The notes under the pieces are model-generated. The model was not told where the DNA came from and made no database searches. It saw only the letters and a list, made by a program, of their open reading frames with translations. A stretch of DNA of 57,292 nucleotides from Perkinsus chesapeaki ATCC PRA-425 (taxonomy: Eukaryota; Protista; Perkinsozoa), in contig JAAPAO010000179.1 of assembly GCA_013115145.1 (NCBI GenBank), positions 1 to 57,292 of the forward strand. The letters are read 5' to 3'. Of the stretch, positions 27,821 through 40,359 are shown piece by piece. Both the position numbers and the translations under genes were made by a program. Each line of letters starts with the position of its first letter. Within the stretch, counting starts at the first letter, position 1.

Positions 27821-28825
27821 TTGGCATTGTCTAGAGCTACTCATGCTATTGCTCACGAAAGTATTGATACTGTTTGTTCGAGATTGGCAAAGTTCTTCTC
27901 GTGGAAACTTATGCGAGATGCTGTTCGTCTTGCTTCTAATGAATGTATACCTTGTATGTCTGTTAATACTAAACCTGGTGATCGTCAGTTCAAGCCGGCA
28001 GTTGTCCCTCAACAACTTATATGTTTACCATTTTATAAGGTTGGTATGGATGTATTGGGTCCTTATGATAATCATTATTATATTACTACTTTAGCGGATT
28101 ATTTTACTGGTACTTTAATTGGACGCGCTACTACTTACTGTCCTACTCATAGAGATGTTCGACTTTTACTGAATTCTGTGTATCATGTTTATGGCACTGT
28201 TCCCACAATCGTCTTGTCTGATAATGGAAGTCAGTTCCAAGTTGCTCGTCGAGAGTTTCCTAATACTTGGTTAATGACGGCTATTCGTGGAAGTCCTTCT
28301 AATGGTCTAGTTGAACGCCAACATCGTTGTATTAATGCTAAGTTACGTCGTCTACGTTTACAAGGAGTAACTGTAACTACTGATAGACAATGGCAAGATG
28401 TGGTTAATCGTGTGTTAGGCGAACTAAATAATTCTCCTCGACCTAAAGCAAAAGGTTTATGTCCACTGGATATTTTATCTCACTATCCTGGTACTAATGT
28501 ATTGGTTGGTGCTCGACGACGTCTTCCTAATAAGTATCTTGATCTATGGAAAACGTATCGTCAACAATGTTTTGAACGGAGTGCTAATAGTGTTCCTTGC
28601 TCTGTTCAGGAAATCAAGCCTGGTCAGCTAGTTTATTTGCGCTGTCCAGAGAATGCTAACAAAATGGATGCTCGGTATAGCCCTCAAACGGTTAAATCTG
28701 TCCTTGGGTCAAATCGTATTGAGCTGGCTACTAGTAAAGTGGTACATTTTAAATATCTGAAGATTTTACGAAATGTTACTTCTTATGATGAAGATGATGA
28801 AGTTTATATTGCTGCTGATGAATGA
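27821..28825 (+). CDS. Retroviral-type integrase (frame open from about 27443)
   Basis: HHCC zinc motif (HAIAH...CIPC), FYKVGMDVLGP, VLSDNGSQF, SNGLVERQHR (DDE triad) and C-terminal KPGQLVYLR. Confidence 0.9.
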   Translation: MALSRATHAIAHESIDTVCSRLAKFFSWKLMRDAVRLASNECIPCMSVNTKPGDRQFKPAVVPQQLICLPFYKVGMDVLGPYDNHYYITTLADYFTGTLIGRATTYCPTHRDVRLLLNSVYHVYGTVPTIVLSDNGSQFQVARREFPNTWLMTAIRGSPSNGLVERQHRCINAKLRRLRLQGVTVTTDRQWQDVVNRVLGELNNSPRPKAKGLCPLDILSHYPGTNVLVGARRRLPNKYLDLWKTYRQQCFERSANSVPCSVQEIKPGQLVYLRCPENANKMDARYSPQTVKSVLGSNRIELATSKVVHFKYLKILRNVTSYDEDDEVYIAADE

Positions 28826-28854
28826 TTTCTTCTTTCCTGCTGTTGTCCGTCTCT

Positions 28855-28867
28855 GGGGGAAGGGGGA
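28855..28867 (+). promoter_or_regulatory. Polypurine tract (PPT)
   Basis: 13-nt purine run 30 bp after the integrase stop, abutting TG. Confidence 0.75.
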
Positions 28868-29002
28868 TGTTGTTGTGCAACTGCACAACAATGGAGCCTT
28901 AAGCTCAGCTCGACGCTAGTACTGCTATTAATGTACTAAGTTAAGATTAGATTTCCAGATTCTTGCCTCACTTTGGTTCCTTGAGTTCCCTGATGGTTAA
29001 CA
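28868..29002 (+). repeat. Putative 3' LTR
   Basis: Starts TGTT after the PPT; a candidate end AACA at 28999-29002 gives TGTT...AACA termini. No second copy in the window, so the right boundary is unverified. Confidence 0.4.
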
Positions 29003-29880
29003 ATCATATCCAATGTGTTCTTTCTTCATAGCATGTTGATAATAATCGATTATATGGGCGGGCGAGATTCATAACGATGATGACGGCGGACGATGATGGC
29101 CATGGAAGGGTGGGGGATATATATTATTATTCCCTATTGTTCGTTGTTGTAGTTAGAGATGAGGCAGAAGAAGGTAATGTGCAGTAAAAGTGTATTTATT
29201 ACAACTTATTATAGGAATATAACATATCACATATAGAATATGTTATGAAACAACATATTAATAGAATTAATAATTATATAAATATGTGGTAATATTAGAT
29301 ATTATTTAATATTAGTATTATTCAGTAAGGAGACGAATGATAATATACAACTAGAGCATTCACGATGTCATGATGGTAATTCAAGTCATCTAGACCCAGT
29401 AAGTATAATCATCATCATTACTACTACTACTATTGTTAATCAAAATATCATCATAAGGTTAATAATTACTCATCATTATTATCAAGAACTACATCACTAT
29501 CATTTTATAATAGGGATGATAATGATAGATTCATGACACATTGAAGATTGTGGTTAAATGAGTATTATAATAATACGATACTTACTGGTGGATCACCGTT
29601 ACGTAAACGTTATTATTATGTTATAAAAGGATAATACTTATAAAACTGAGATTATCAAATAATAAGGATGTTGTATTATTATTGTAACGCATTTATATGA
29701 ATGTACATGTATTACGTTACCTAGTCGTTGTGGTATATTATTAAGATCATTATTGTTATGTTGTTATTAAATAATATTATTGTTATATAGTATCATTTAT
29801 AATGTATTGTACATTCCCACCTTATATTATACCGCAGTAAAGGTAAAGTTGAAACTATCACGGTTGGTATAAACAGTAAG

Positions 29881-29979
29881 CGGATGTGAGATCTATATCC
29901 GAATGGCATCGTGTACGCCATGTACACTGCTGCCGGAGGCCACACAGCCATACTGCCTAGCAGGAGATGCTGTGCCTCC
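29881..29979 (+). ncRNA. Structured GC-rich island (three abutting hairpins), class unknown
   Basis: Stems read by eye at 29881-29901, 29905-29934 and 29935-29979. Confidence 0.3.
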
Positions 29980-30099
29980 AGATAAATAAAATAAAATAAA
30001 ATATTATACCATTACCAGATATTATACAAATAATAAATAATGATAAAACGGTAGTAGATCCAAGTAGTAATATTATTATTATATTATTATTAATAGGTA

Positions 30100-30990
30100 C
30101 ACCATCAACAATAGCATCATCTGATATAAGTCCAACAAACAGCCCAACATTTGTTGTTGAATATCATAATCAAAATCATCATCATGTTGCATCATTATCT
30201 GATCATATTACAGTTCGACCACAACAAGAAAAAGCATTAATAATAGAAGATGATTATACTACTAATTCATCATATTATTTAGTAATAGAAGAATCACCGT
30301 ATAATTTATCACATTCCTTTGAAGAATCAAATAATAATATATCTGATATATTCTGGGATATATGTTTCAATAATAGATATGAGATGTTAGATGATGAAGA
30401 TGATGATGATTATGATTATGAAGTTGTTGTTACTATTACTCCATTCTACTATTACTACTATGATATACTAATGTCTATTAATGGTCTATTATCAATACAT
30501 ATATTAATATACATTCATACAATACAACGATACAGTATACCATCAATTTATCAATCATTGTTATATCTACCTATTGTTAAATATAATAATAATAATAAAA
30601 CATGCAATTCACAATTTTACAATTTAATTATATATCATTACTAGATAATAATAGTTTTAATCTATACGAAAATATAATGTTTCTATTAAATTATACCTTA
30701 ACAACAACAACAAAAGTAATAAGTAATAAATTTCATATAATGTTGCCTTTGTAAACTTTTTGATATATCATTTAATGATATTGTTATTTTAATAATGGGT
30801 TATTACTAGAATAAGTATACATCCCATCAACATCCTTTTACAGCAACATAAGTAATTATTATCAAAGATTATTCTTCTTCGTCGTCGTCGTCGTCGACAA
30901 TATCATCATCATCATTATGAACATAAATGAAATTCAACCGTGAATTACTATTAATATATGTCGTCGTGTTGTTGTTAATGTTAATACAAT
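30100..30990 (-). CDS. Possible fragmentary multi-exon hypothetical gene
   Basis: Open minus-strand segments (e.g. KDVDGMYTYSSNNPLLKITISL, VGLFVGLISDDAIVDG) between intron-like tracts; full model not resolved. Confidence 0.25.
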
Positions 30991-31044
30991 TATTATCAAT
31001 TGCTTGTTGTATAGCCTACTGCTGCTAAATACTTTCCCCTTTTA

Positions 31045-31550
31045 ATGGTAATATATTTAATAATATTTTATTATAATTATTATCATATTTAGTCTGAGGT
31101 TGAAGAGACATTAAACCGTATTAAAACACATAAAGGAGTATCTGGTATAGTTATTGTTAATCATGATGGTGTAATGATATTATTACATTATATTATTATC
31201 TATTACGTATTATTATTATTAAGGTACCGATAAGATCAACATTAGAACAAAAATATACATTACAATATTCAGCATTAATAACACAATTAACACATAAAGT
31301 AATAATTAATTAACGTTATTATTATTTATTATTATTAGGCACGATCAGTAGTAAGAGATTTAGACCCTCAAAATGATCTTACTTTCTTGAGGCTTAGATC
31401 GAGAAAACATGAAATTATGGTAGCTCCTGATAAGGATTATATACTTATTGTTATTCAAGTAATATTAACATTTATTATTATTAATAATAATTATATTAGG
31501 ATCCTAATGCTGATCACAATAATAATAGTAATAATCAACAACATAATTGA
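31045..31550 (+). CDS. DYNLRB: Dynein light chain roadblock-type
   Basis: ATG-only first exon, then [32 protein letters not shown]...[40 protein letters not shown]. Four introns. Confidence 0.95.
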
Positions 31551-31659
31551 TAGGTGATAATGATATGAGATGATATTATGTGATTTCATTTACTCTTGTG
31601 TTCATATAGTATAACATGGGTTATTATATAACTCAATAACTCAATAATAATGGTTATAG

Positions 31660-33335
31660 TTATATATTAGAATCTTTGATTTTACATATATGATCTGGAC
31701 GTAACTTAACTTGTTCATTATTATTTAGTATAACAATACAATCACCATTATCAATATTAACTTGTTTTAATATAGCATATTGATCCCTAAATATAGTTAA
31801 TATATAATATTATATAAATATAATAATTGCATTACTTATATTTACCAAGTACAATCCTTATTGGTCTACCATTTGCAGGAATTACTGTTTGTAAATCATT
31901 CTGATCCAATTCTAATATATCACCACTTTTTAACATTTTAACATGACAAATATAAGGTGATATTATCTTTTTAACTTCACCTTTACATTTTAAATATTTA
32001 CCATTACTAAGTTTATCATTAAGTACCTAATAATAAATACCTAACAATAAACCACCACCACCTGATAACAATAATATCACCACCTTAACAATAATCCCTT
32101 TAGTCAACCATGCAGCATCATCATCATTTGGCAGCAGTTTGCTGTTGTTGCTGTTGTTGTTGTTAACCTCTATTCTTTGTCTTTTATTATCGTGTCTAAT
32201 ATAATTATATCATCCATATATCCATATTAAATATTATTACTTGATATTATCATTAACATCAGATGGTATATCAATAATATCATCATCTTCTTCTTCCATT
32301 TTCATCCATAACTCAGCTTCTTTTTTAGCATCATTTTCAGCTTTAATTGCAGCTTCTTCTAATATATTAATATCTACTATCAATATATTCATATATTATA
32401 ACCGATATTTTCAATATTACTTTTAGGTACTACTTTATTTAATGTTATTCCTTTTTTTATATTTCTCTTAGCATCAATAAGATTAGTGACTCCTAATTCA
32501 ATAATATCATTATCACCCTCTTTTCTTTCTAATGTTGTTGCTTTACTATCCTTTATACCACTTTTCATTGCTTCAGCTAAGCAATATAATATAACCATAA
32601 TTAATAATAATAACAACAACGACGATATTATTATTACCTTTAGCCATACGTACTTGTTTAGCTATTAATCTTTCTTCTTGTTTTTCTTCAGCAGCTTCAT
32701 ATTTTTTTTCTTCTTTATATTTAGCCTCCCTTTCCATCCTTTCTCTATCAATATATTCAAGATACCATCCTCTTTCTGTTTTCTCAATATTAGCTTTTCC
32801 TGTTCTACCCAAATATAATACAAAACCAGTTAATGTACACCATGCTGTTGAATTCATATGAACATGTTGTTTATCTACATACAATATTATAATAACAATT
32901 CTATATCAATAAGCTATTATGTTATTATTACCGGATATTAAATCTTGATATACTTGATTAGCTAATACTCTTGTTGATCTATAACGTGTTGATAATATCC
33001 TCCTATTAATAAATATATTTAATCTTATTTTACCACCATCTCTATTACATAAATGTTGATTCAAATTCTCTTGAGAAATCACTCATATATTTACCAGGTT
33101 TTTGTATAAATAATTGCATTTGTCTTAAATGTTGTTCTGAAGCCCTAATAGTAGTAATATTAAGTATTATAATAATATAATATTATTACTACTACCTATG
33201 GCATTTGAATCCATTCTCATCTCTACATTGTTTTTGACACATTTGACAATACCATTTCAACTTTTGTAATCCTTTTGCCTTCATTTTATTATCTAACCAT
33301 TTTGGTGACCATTTCTCAGCTCTACCTTTACCCAT
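31660..33335 (-). CDS. KIN: DNA/RNA-binding protein KIN17
   Basis: MGKGRAEKW...MKAKGLQKLKWYCQMCQKQCRDENGFKCH, HMNSTAWCTLTGFVLYLGRTG, TERGWYLEYIDR and a C-terminal SH3/KOW-like region. Confidence 0.95.
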
Positions 33336-33366
33336 ATTAACAACAACTAATATTAAAAAAATACAG

Positions 33367-33575
33367 CCAATGTCTACTATTAAACACAACAACAACCAAT
33401 GCCTACTATTAAACACAACAACAACCAATGCCTACTATTAAGCACAACAACAACCAATGCCTACTATTAAGCACAACAACAACCAATGCCTACTATTAAA
33501 CACAACAAAAACCAATGCCTACTATTAAGCACAACAACAACCAATGCCTACTATTAAACACAACAACAACAACCA
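33367..33575. repeat. 29-bp minisatellite, about 7 copies
   Basis: Unit CCAATGCCTACTATTAA(A/G)CACAACAACAA, immediately upstream of the KIN17 ATG. Confidence 0.9.
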
Positions 33576-33579
33576 ACAC

Positions 33580-33720
33580 CGCGACGACGAGGGGCCACGT
33601 TACGTCACGCGCCACGAAATTATGGAAGTGCGGGGATATGCGGGTGATGGATGATTTGTAAGGAATTTACGCGGTGTTTGGATTTCGAGCCTGTGTCATG
33701 AATCGATAGGTTTTTTAGGG
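33580..33720. promoter_or_regulatory. GC-rich divergent promoter island (KIN17 / CstF-64)
   Basis: CpG-rich patch containing TCACGCGCC between head-to-head genes. Confidence 0.4.
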
Positions 33721-33737
33721 CATCAGGGTTTATTATT

Positions 33738-35220
33738 ATGGCATCATCTTATTACTATAATAATGGTCAACAGCAGCAGTTCCATAATGGGCAGCAGCAG
33801 CGAGCTGTTAATAGGAATTGTAGTGTATTTGTTGGTAATATACCTTATGAGGCATCAGAGGTAATATTATTAATAAATATAATATATAATATAATTAGGA
33901 AGAATTACGTGAAATATTTAGCAGAGTTGGTCCAGTAATATCATTCCGTTTAATGAAAGATAAAGAGACTGGTATGCCTAAAGGTTATGGTTTTTGTGAA
34001 TATCGTGATATGGAGACAGCATATAGTGCTATGAGAAATCTATCTAATGCTGATTATGGTGGTAGACCTTTAAGAGTGGATTGGGCTGATCATGAACTAA
34101 GAAATTCAGAAGCTGTTACAAAAGTAATAAATAGAGATGGGGGGGTAATAAAGTTGAGATGGTTGGTTGTAGGTATTAAGAACATCTAATGCTGAAGTAT
34201 CAGAGAGAACTGAGAAAATAGTTAAAGATAGATTACAAGAATTTAGGGGTAAAATAACGGATGAAACTATTGAATTAGCAGTAAGTGATATGCAACCATT
34301 CAGGGAAATATCTACATTGATCGATGTAATAATAGTAATAACACATATTACTATTATATCCTTTTAGTTATTAACACCTGAACAATTAGTACATTTATTA
34401 GCAGAATTACAAAGATTATCATTAACTGATCCTGATACATGTAAAGCATTATTATCTACTCAACCACAACTGAGGGTTGCTATTGCATTTGCATTAGTAA
34501 TAATAATAACATTAATTAATATATATTATTATTGATATAGGTTAGAATAAACGTTATAACAGATCCATTAAATAATAATAATACAAGAATAAATAAATCA
34601 TCATTATTAATAGGGCGGCAAGATATGATGAATAAAAGGCAAAGTAGTATTATAAATTATTAATATTAGTAGTCCTATCATCCTCCTATTATCTACAGCA
34701 GCAGCCTTCTCCTTTTATTATTATAGGACTTAATAGGAAAGGTTATGACAATAAACAAGAAGAAGGAGGAGGAGCAATACCGCCACCGCCATGGTCTAAT
34801 ATGGTTATCGGGGGGCATCATCATGGTCATAATAATAATGCTGATGAGAATAATGATGATGAGGATGATGATGATAGGATTAATAATAATGATGATTCAT
34901 ATGATGTTATAATAATAATATTATTAATGTTGTTGTTATTATTATCATTTATTAAATAATAATTAGGTGACACAATTAACATCAGATGAGAAAATGAAAG
35001 TTATAGAACAATTTTCATCATTATCAACTGATGAGATATCAGACTTGCCACCACAAGTGAGAGAATCAATGGAAACATTGGTAATAATAATAATAATTAG
35101 TATGGTGAATATTAATAATCTAATAATAATAAGGTAAGGGAATGGGTTATACAATCACAAGGGGGGCAAGGTGGTGAAGGAGGAGAAGGAGAAGGAGGAG
35201 GAGGAGGAAGAGATGAATAG
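33738..35220 (+). CDS. CSTF2: Cleavage stimulation factor 64 kDa subunit (CstF-64/Rna15)
   Basis: [17 protein letters not shown]...[17 protein letters not shown]...LRVDWA, a hinge-like region and C-terminal [12 protein letters not shown]. Confidence 0.85.
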
Positions 35221-35319
35221 TAATATAACGTATTAAGATGATGATAAAATAATGATTTGAGTAGTAGTGATGATGTTAACATAATTAATAATAATGATAG
35301 CTATTATAATTATAAATAA

Positions 35320-38300
35320 ATGTTATCAATGTCATCAACGTTAATACCATCACCGGCAGCAGCAATTGCAGGAGGAGGAGGAGGGGCAAATAAAAGGAGG
35401 CATAGTGAAATTAATAATAATGATGAGAATGTTAATGGGGTTAAAGATGACTATGATTATGATGATGTAATAATGGCTCCTCCTCCCCCTCCTTCTTCTT
35501 CTTCTTCTCCTCGTAATAATAATTATATAGTAGAATATAGAAAGAGTCGGAGAGGTAGAATTAGAAGGATAACAAGGGAATGTTATTTACGTGATGATAT
35601 ATGTTGTGGTATAATACAATGTGAATATTGTAAAGAAGATTATAAATATAATAATAATAATAAAGAAGAAGAAGACGAGAGAGAAAGAGAAAGAGAGTCT
35701 ATGACTATGTCTAATATGTCTATTGAATATGATATACCAATACTTAAACCACATATATTAATAATACCAACACCAGAAGTATGTATTAAACAACTGGACT
35801 GGTTATGTGATTCATTAGATATTGATAATTGGCATTTAGGCAATATAGTTATAACATATACGGCATTAAATGTAATAATAAAACCAACAACCATAGCAAT
35901 AGCAATGTTATTATTTATGTTAATGTCGGCATATTGTCAGGCACTAAAGGCAACTGGTTGGCAAGGAAGAATGAGTGGATATGATAGATTACGTAAAAGA
36001 TGTAATAATAATACAACAATCAATATAGATGAGGCTGATAATAATAATAAAGCTAATGAGGCTGATGACCATTCATTAAGGTAGTAGTAGTAGTAGTATC
36101 CTTATTGTTGATGTTTATAATATTATTATTTATTATTATTTATTATTATTTATTATTATTTATTATTATTTATTATTATTATTTATCATTATTATGAGTA
36201 GTTACTTTCATGTATTCCCCAATGAGTATTGTCGTGATACATATATACCATTAAATAATGACAATAAAGCAGATGAAGCTGCTGAGCAGCAGCAGCAGCA
36301 GGATGAGGAGGAGGATGAGTGTGGTGGTGGTGATAGTATTAGGGATATTAAAGCTACATTAAAAGTTGGTGAATGGTATAATAATCATATTGGTATAAAT
36401 AATGCAACATTAATATTATGTAATGATAATGATAGTAAAAATAAGGCAATAAATATATTAAAACAACAATATAATAATAATATACTAGATAATGATGATA
36501 TTATAACATGTGAAGAATTATGTATTAAGGTAGTAATATTACGGATTACTATCCCTCATCATACTCTCATTATCATCATCATTTACTAATACATCAAGTA
36601 GTGCCAAGAAATTATCCAGGCACTTAATAATCTACAGAGCTACTTGTTACTACCTACCGTATGGTGCAATCATCATGCACATTATTCGATACTACTACCA
36701 TCATTGATAACAATTAACAATGATGTTTGAGGTCATCTGCTTGTTGATTCTTCTTCTGCTGCTGCTTGGAACGAAAATAAGAGGCCTTATCGTTGGCCTT
36801 ATCGTCATAGGCCAATATGGCTGAGGGGGTGAATGACCCCTGATGACCCCCTCAAGAATGAAGCCTAGTATACTACTATGCTGTTGTTATTAGTTACATA
36901 GTATATATCCAACTTGTGCTGAAAAACTATCGATTAACAAGAAGAATAATAATGTTGAAGATGATAATAATAAGATTATCAATAAGGCTGATGATGGTGG
37001 ATATACCGGTAATACATAACGCGATAAAGAATAATAATTATAATATTTTTATTATTAGGTCATTATACCAGAAGTGTTATTAATAAAGGTTTACACAATG
37101 GCACTATTTATCAAGGTATATTAAGATGTTCAATAACATCATGGCAAAGGGGTAAAATAATAGTTAATAAAGATAATATGGAATTACATATAATAATAAG
37201 AGGAAGATTTAATATTAATAGAGCTGTTGATAATGATATAGTTGCGGTAGAATTAATTGATGATAATAATGATGAGGTTGATGAGGATGGTGGTGGTGGT
37301 ATTGATAGTACTATCCCAGTATTAGATGCTAGTACAGCAACAGAAGCACTAGAAGAGCGGGTGATGGATAAAGGTAGTAATAAGGGTAATAAGGATAGTT
37401 TATATAATAATAATAATAAATGTGTAATACTGATTAGGTGGTTGTGGTGATGATAGTGGTAGTGGTATTATTGAAAAAGAAGGTAAAGTAGTTGGTATTA
37501 TAAAACGTAATTGGCGTGAATATGCTGGAACATTGAGATCATCATCATCATCATTAATAGTAGATGATAATAATATTACTGGTGGTGCTGGTGGTGGGTT
37601 TAGTAAAATGGATAGAATATTTATACCAGCTAATCCAAGAATACCTAATATAAGAATATCAACTAGACATAGTAATGATCTAGATAATATGAGGATATGT
37701 GTTACTATGGATACATGGGATAGAACATCTACATTACCACAAGTAGTAGTAGTAGTAGTAATTATAGTACTAGTATTATTAGTATTATTATTAGGGGCAT
37801 TGGACACGTATACTAGGCAAATGTGGTGAAAGAGATACTGAATCAGCAGTTATATTACATGAACATAATGTTATTACTAGACAATTCTCAGATGATGTTA
37901 TTAGATGTTTACCACCTAAAGATTATGAACCAGATGAGTAATAAACAATAACAACAGTAGTGGTAGTAGTGTTGTTATTATTAGGGCTGAGATCTCACGT
38001 AGACTTGATTTACGTAATATAACAGTATGTAGCATCGATCCACCAGGATGTAAAGATATTGATGATGCATTAAGTTGTGAAGTAATAACTAATAAGTAAT
38101 TAATGTTATTATTACTAATAAGTAGTTGTAGTATGTTGTTGTTATTATTATTATTGTTAGATATTAGAAAATGGTAATTGGCGTATTGGTGTACATATTG
38201 CTGATGTTACACATTTTGTTCATCCTGGTACAGCTATTGATAAGGAGGCAGCGGAAAGGTGTACAACAGTATATCTGGTGGAAAGAAGAACTGATATGTT

Positions 38301-40041
38301 ACCAAGTCTATTAACAACTGATTTATGTAGTCTTGTTGGTGATAAAGATAGATTATGCTTCTCTGTATTATGGGATATGGAACCTAATAGTAATTTTAAA
38401 ATAGTTGATACACAATTTCATAAAGCAATAATAAGATCAAATGCGGCTTTAAGTTATGGTGAAGCACAAGCACGTATTGATGATAAAAATGATAATACTG
38501 AACTAACTAAAAGTAATAACAACAACAACACTAAGAAGAAGATCATTGATTATTGTTGCTGTTGCTGTTATTATAGGTATAAGACGTTTATTAAAAGCTG
38601 CTATGGTTATTAGAAAGAATCGTATGTCTGGTGGCGCATTAGAATTGGCTAGTCAAGAAGTTAGATTCGAGCTTGATTCCGAAACAAGTGATCCAACAGA
38701 TGTTGCTGAATACACTATGAAGGATACTAATAGATTAGTTGAAGAATTTATGTTATTGGCTAATTCTTCTGTTGCTCAACAAATATTAAAAGTAATACTA
38801 CTACTTTATCATTAGCATCACCACCACGTGTCATTGTTAAGCCTCCTTATTATTATTATTAGCATTTCCCTAGTAATAGCGTATTAAGACGTCATCCACC
38901 TCCGAAAGAACAACAGCTTAAATCATTAAAAGTATTATTAGATAAACAAGGTAATAATAATATTAATAGATAGTAGTATTAGTATTAGTATTATTATTAA
39001 TTCATGTATAATTATTAATTCATATATACTGTTATAGGTATCCATGGTTTCAAATATGGTAGTAATAAAGAATTATCTCATAGTTTAAATAATTTATGTA
39101 TTAAAGATAATGATCCATATTTTAATAGATTAGTAAGAATAATGACAACACGGACAATGAATCAAGCACAGTAAGTGCTATTAACAATAACAATTAATTA
39201 TATTATTATTATATTAGGTATTTCTGTACTGGTGATGTTGATACTGGTGGTGGTGGTGGTGGATCGATGAAGATGCAGATGTTTTCACATTATGGTTTAG
39301 CTATGGGATTATATACTCATTTTACCAGTCCTATTAGACGTTATGCTGATATATTAGTACATAGATTATTAATGGCTTCATTGGGTATAAGACCATTACC
39401 AGATGAATTAAATGATAAAACAGCAGTTACTCAACAATGTGATAAGATTAATTTTAGACATAGAAATGCACAATTTGCGGGTAGAGCATCAGCTGAATTA
39501 CATACATATCTGTAATAATAATATACATCATCATTATTATTATTAATTAGATACTTTAAAAAGAATGGTCCAAGTGTTGCCGATGCAGTAATAACTCGTA
39601 TTAGATCATCATCATCAGTTAGACGACGACGTCGACAGCAGCAGCAGCAACAGCAGCAAGGTGGTGTTAGTGGTGGATCATTACAAGTAGTTGTACCAAG
39701 ATTTGGTATTGATGGTATATGTAAATTGATGGATGATGATGATAATTGGGAATGTGATGAAGATAAAATGATTGCTAAAAATGATAAATTGGGTATTAAG
39801 TTATCTATATTTGATCATATACAAGTTAAAATAATGGCTGATGATACTGATTTTAGGTGATATAAAAGAATATCATACATATAATACAACAATGACAATT
39901 ATTATTATTATTATTAGGTTTAAAACAATAATGACATTAATAAAGAAATCAAATAAAGATGAAATTGATACTTATGAAGAAGCTGAAGCTAATAGGAAAA
40001 TGGTAGATAAAGAAATGTGTCCAGACAGAATAACTAAATAA
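35320..40041 (+). CDS. DIS3: Exosome catalytic subunit DIS3/RRP44
   Basis: N-terminal [13 protein letters not shown]3-like motif, PIN-like region, [18 protein letters not shown] motifs [39 protein letters not shown] and [26 protein letters not shown], then an S1 domain. Confidence 0.95.
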
Positions 40042-40043
40042 AC

Positions 40044-40205
40044 AACTGATACTACTACTGATACTACTACTGATACTGCTGATACTACTACTGATACTGC
40101 TGATACTGCTGATACTACTACTGATACTGCTGATACTGCTGATACTACTGCTGATACTACTACTGATACTGCTGATACTACTGCTGATACTACTGCTGAT
40201 AATGC
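40044..40205. repeat. Compound (GATACTACT/GATACTGCT) microsatellite in the 3' intergenic region
   Basis: Direct reading of tandem 9-12 bp units. Confidence 0.85.
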
Positions 40206-40359
40206 TGCTGTATAATAATAACAACGTAATAGTTTCAATAACAAGTTATTCTAATAGTTGTTTTAAGTGCGCCGCCAAACTAATATAAGTCATATTATTG
40301 GAAACAATATTATTATTATTATCATCATGAACATGATCATGTTATTAACGGCGGAATCG

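Larger units (their letters stand above)
27250..29002 (+). mobile_element. 5'-truncated Ty3/gypsy-like LTR retrotransposon
   Basis: Composition shifts at about 27250. Intact integrase frame, polypurine tract GGGGGAAGGGGGA (28855-28867) followed directly by TG. No RT, protease, gag or 5' LTR seen. Confidence 0.8.

Noticed and set aside
29881-29979. HDV-like ribozyme or SECIS element
   Set aside because: No P2/P3/L3 pseudoknot partners could be found, and there is no AUGA/GA core with a correctly spaced stem.
36840-36870. Hammerhead ribozyme (CTGATGA)
   Set aside because: Not followed by stem II and GAAA.
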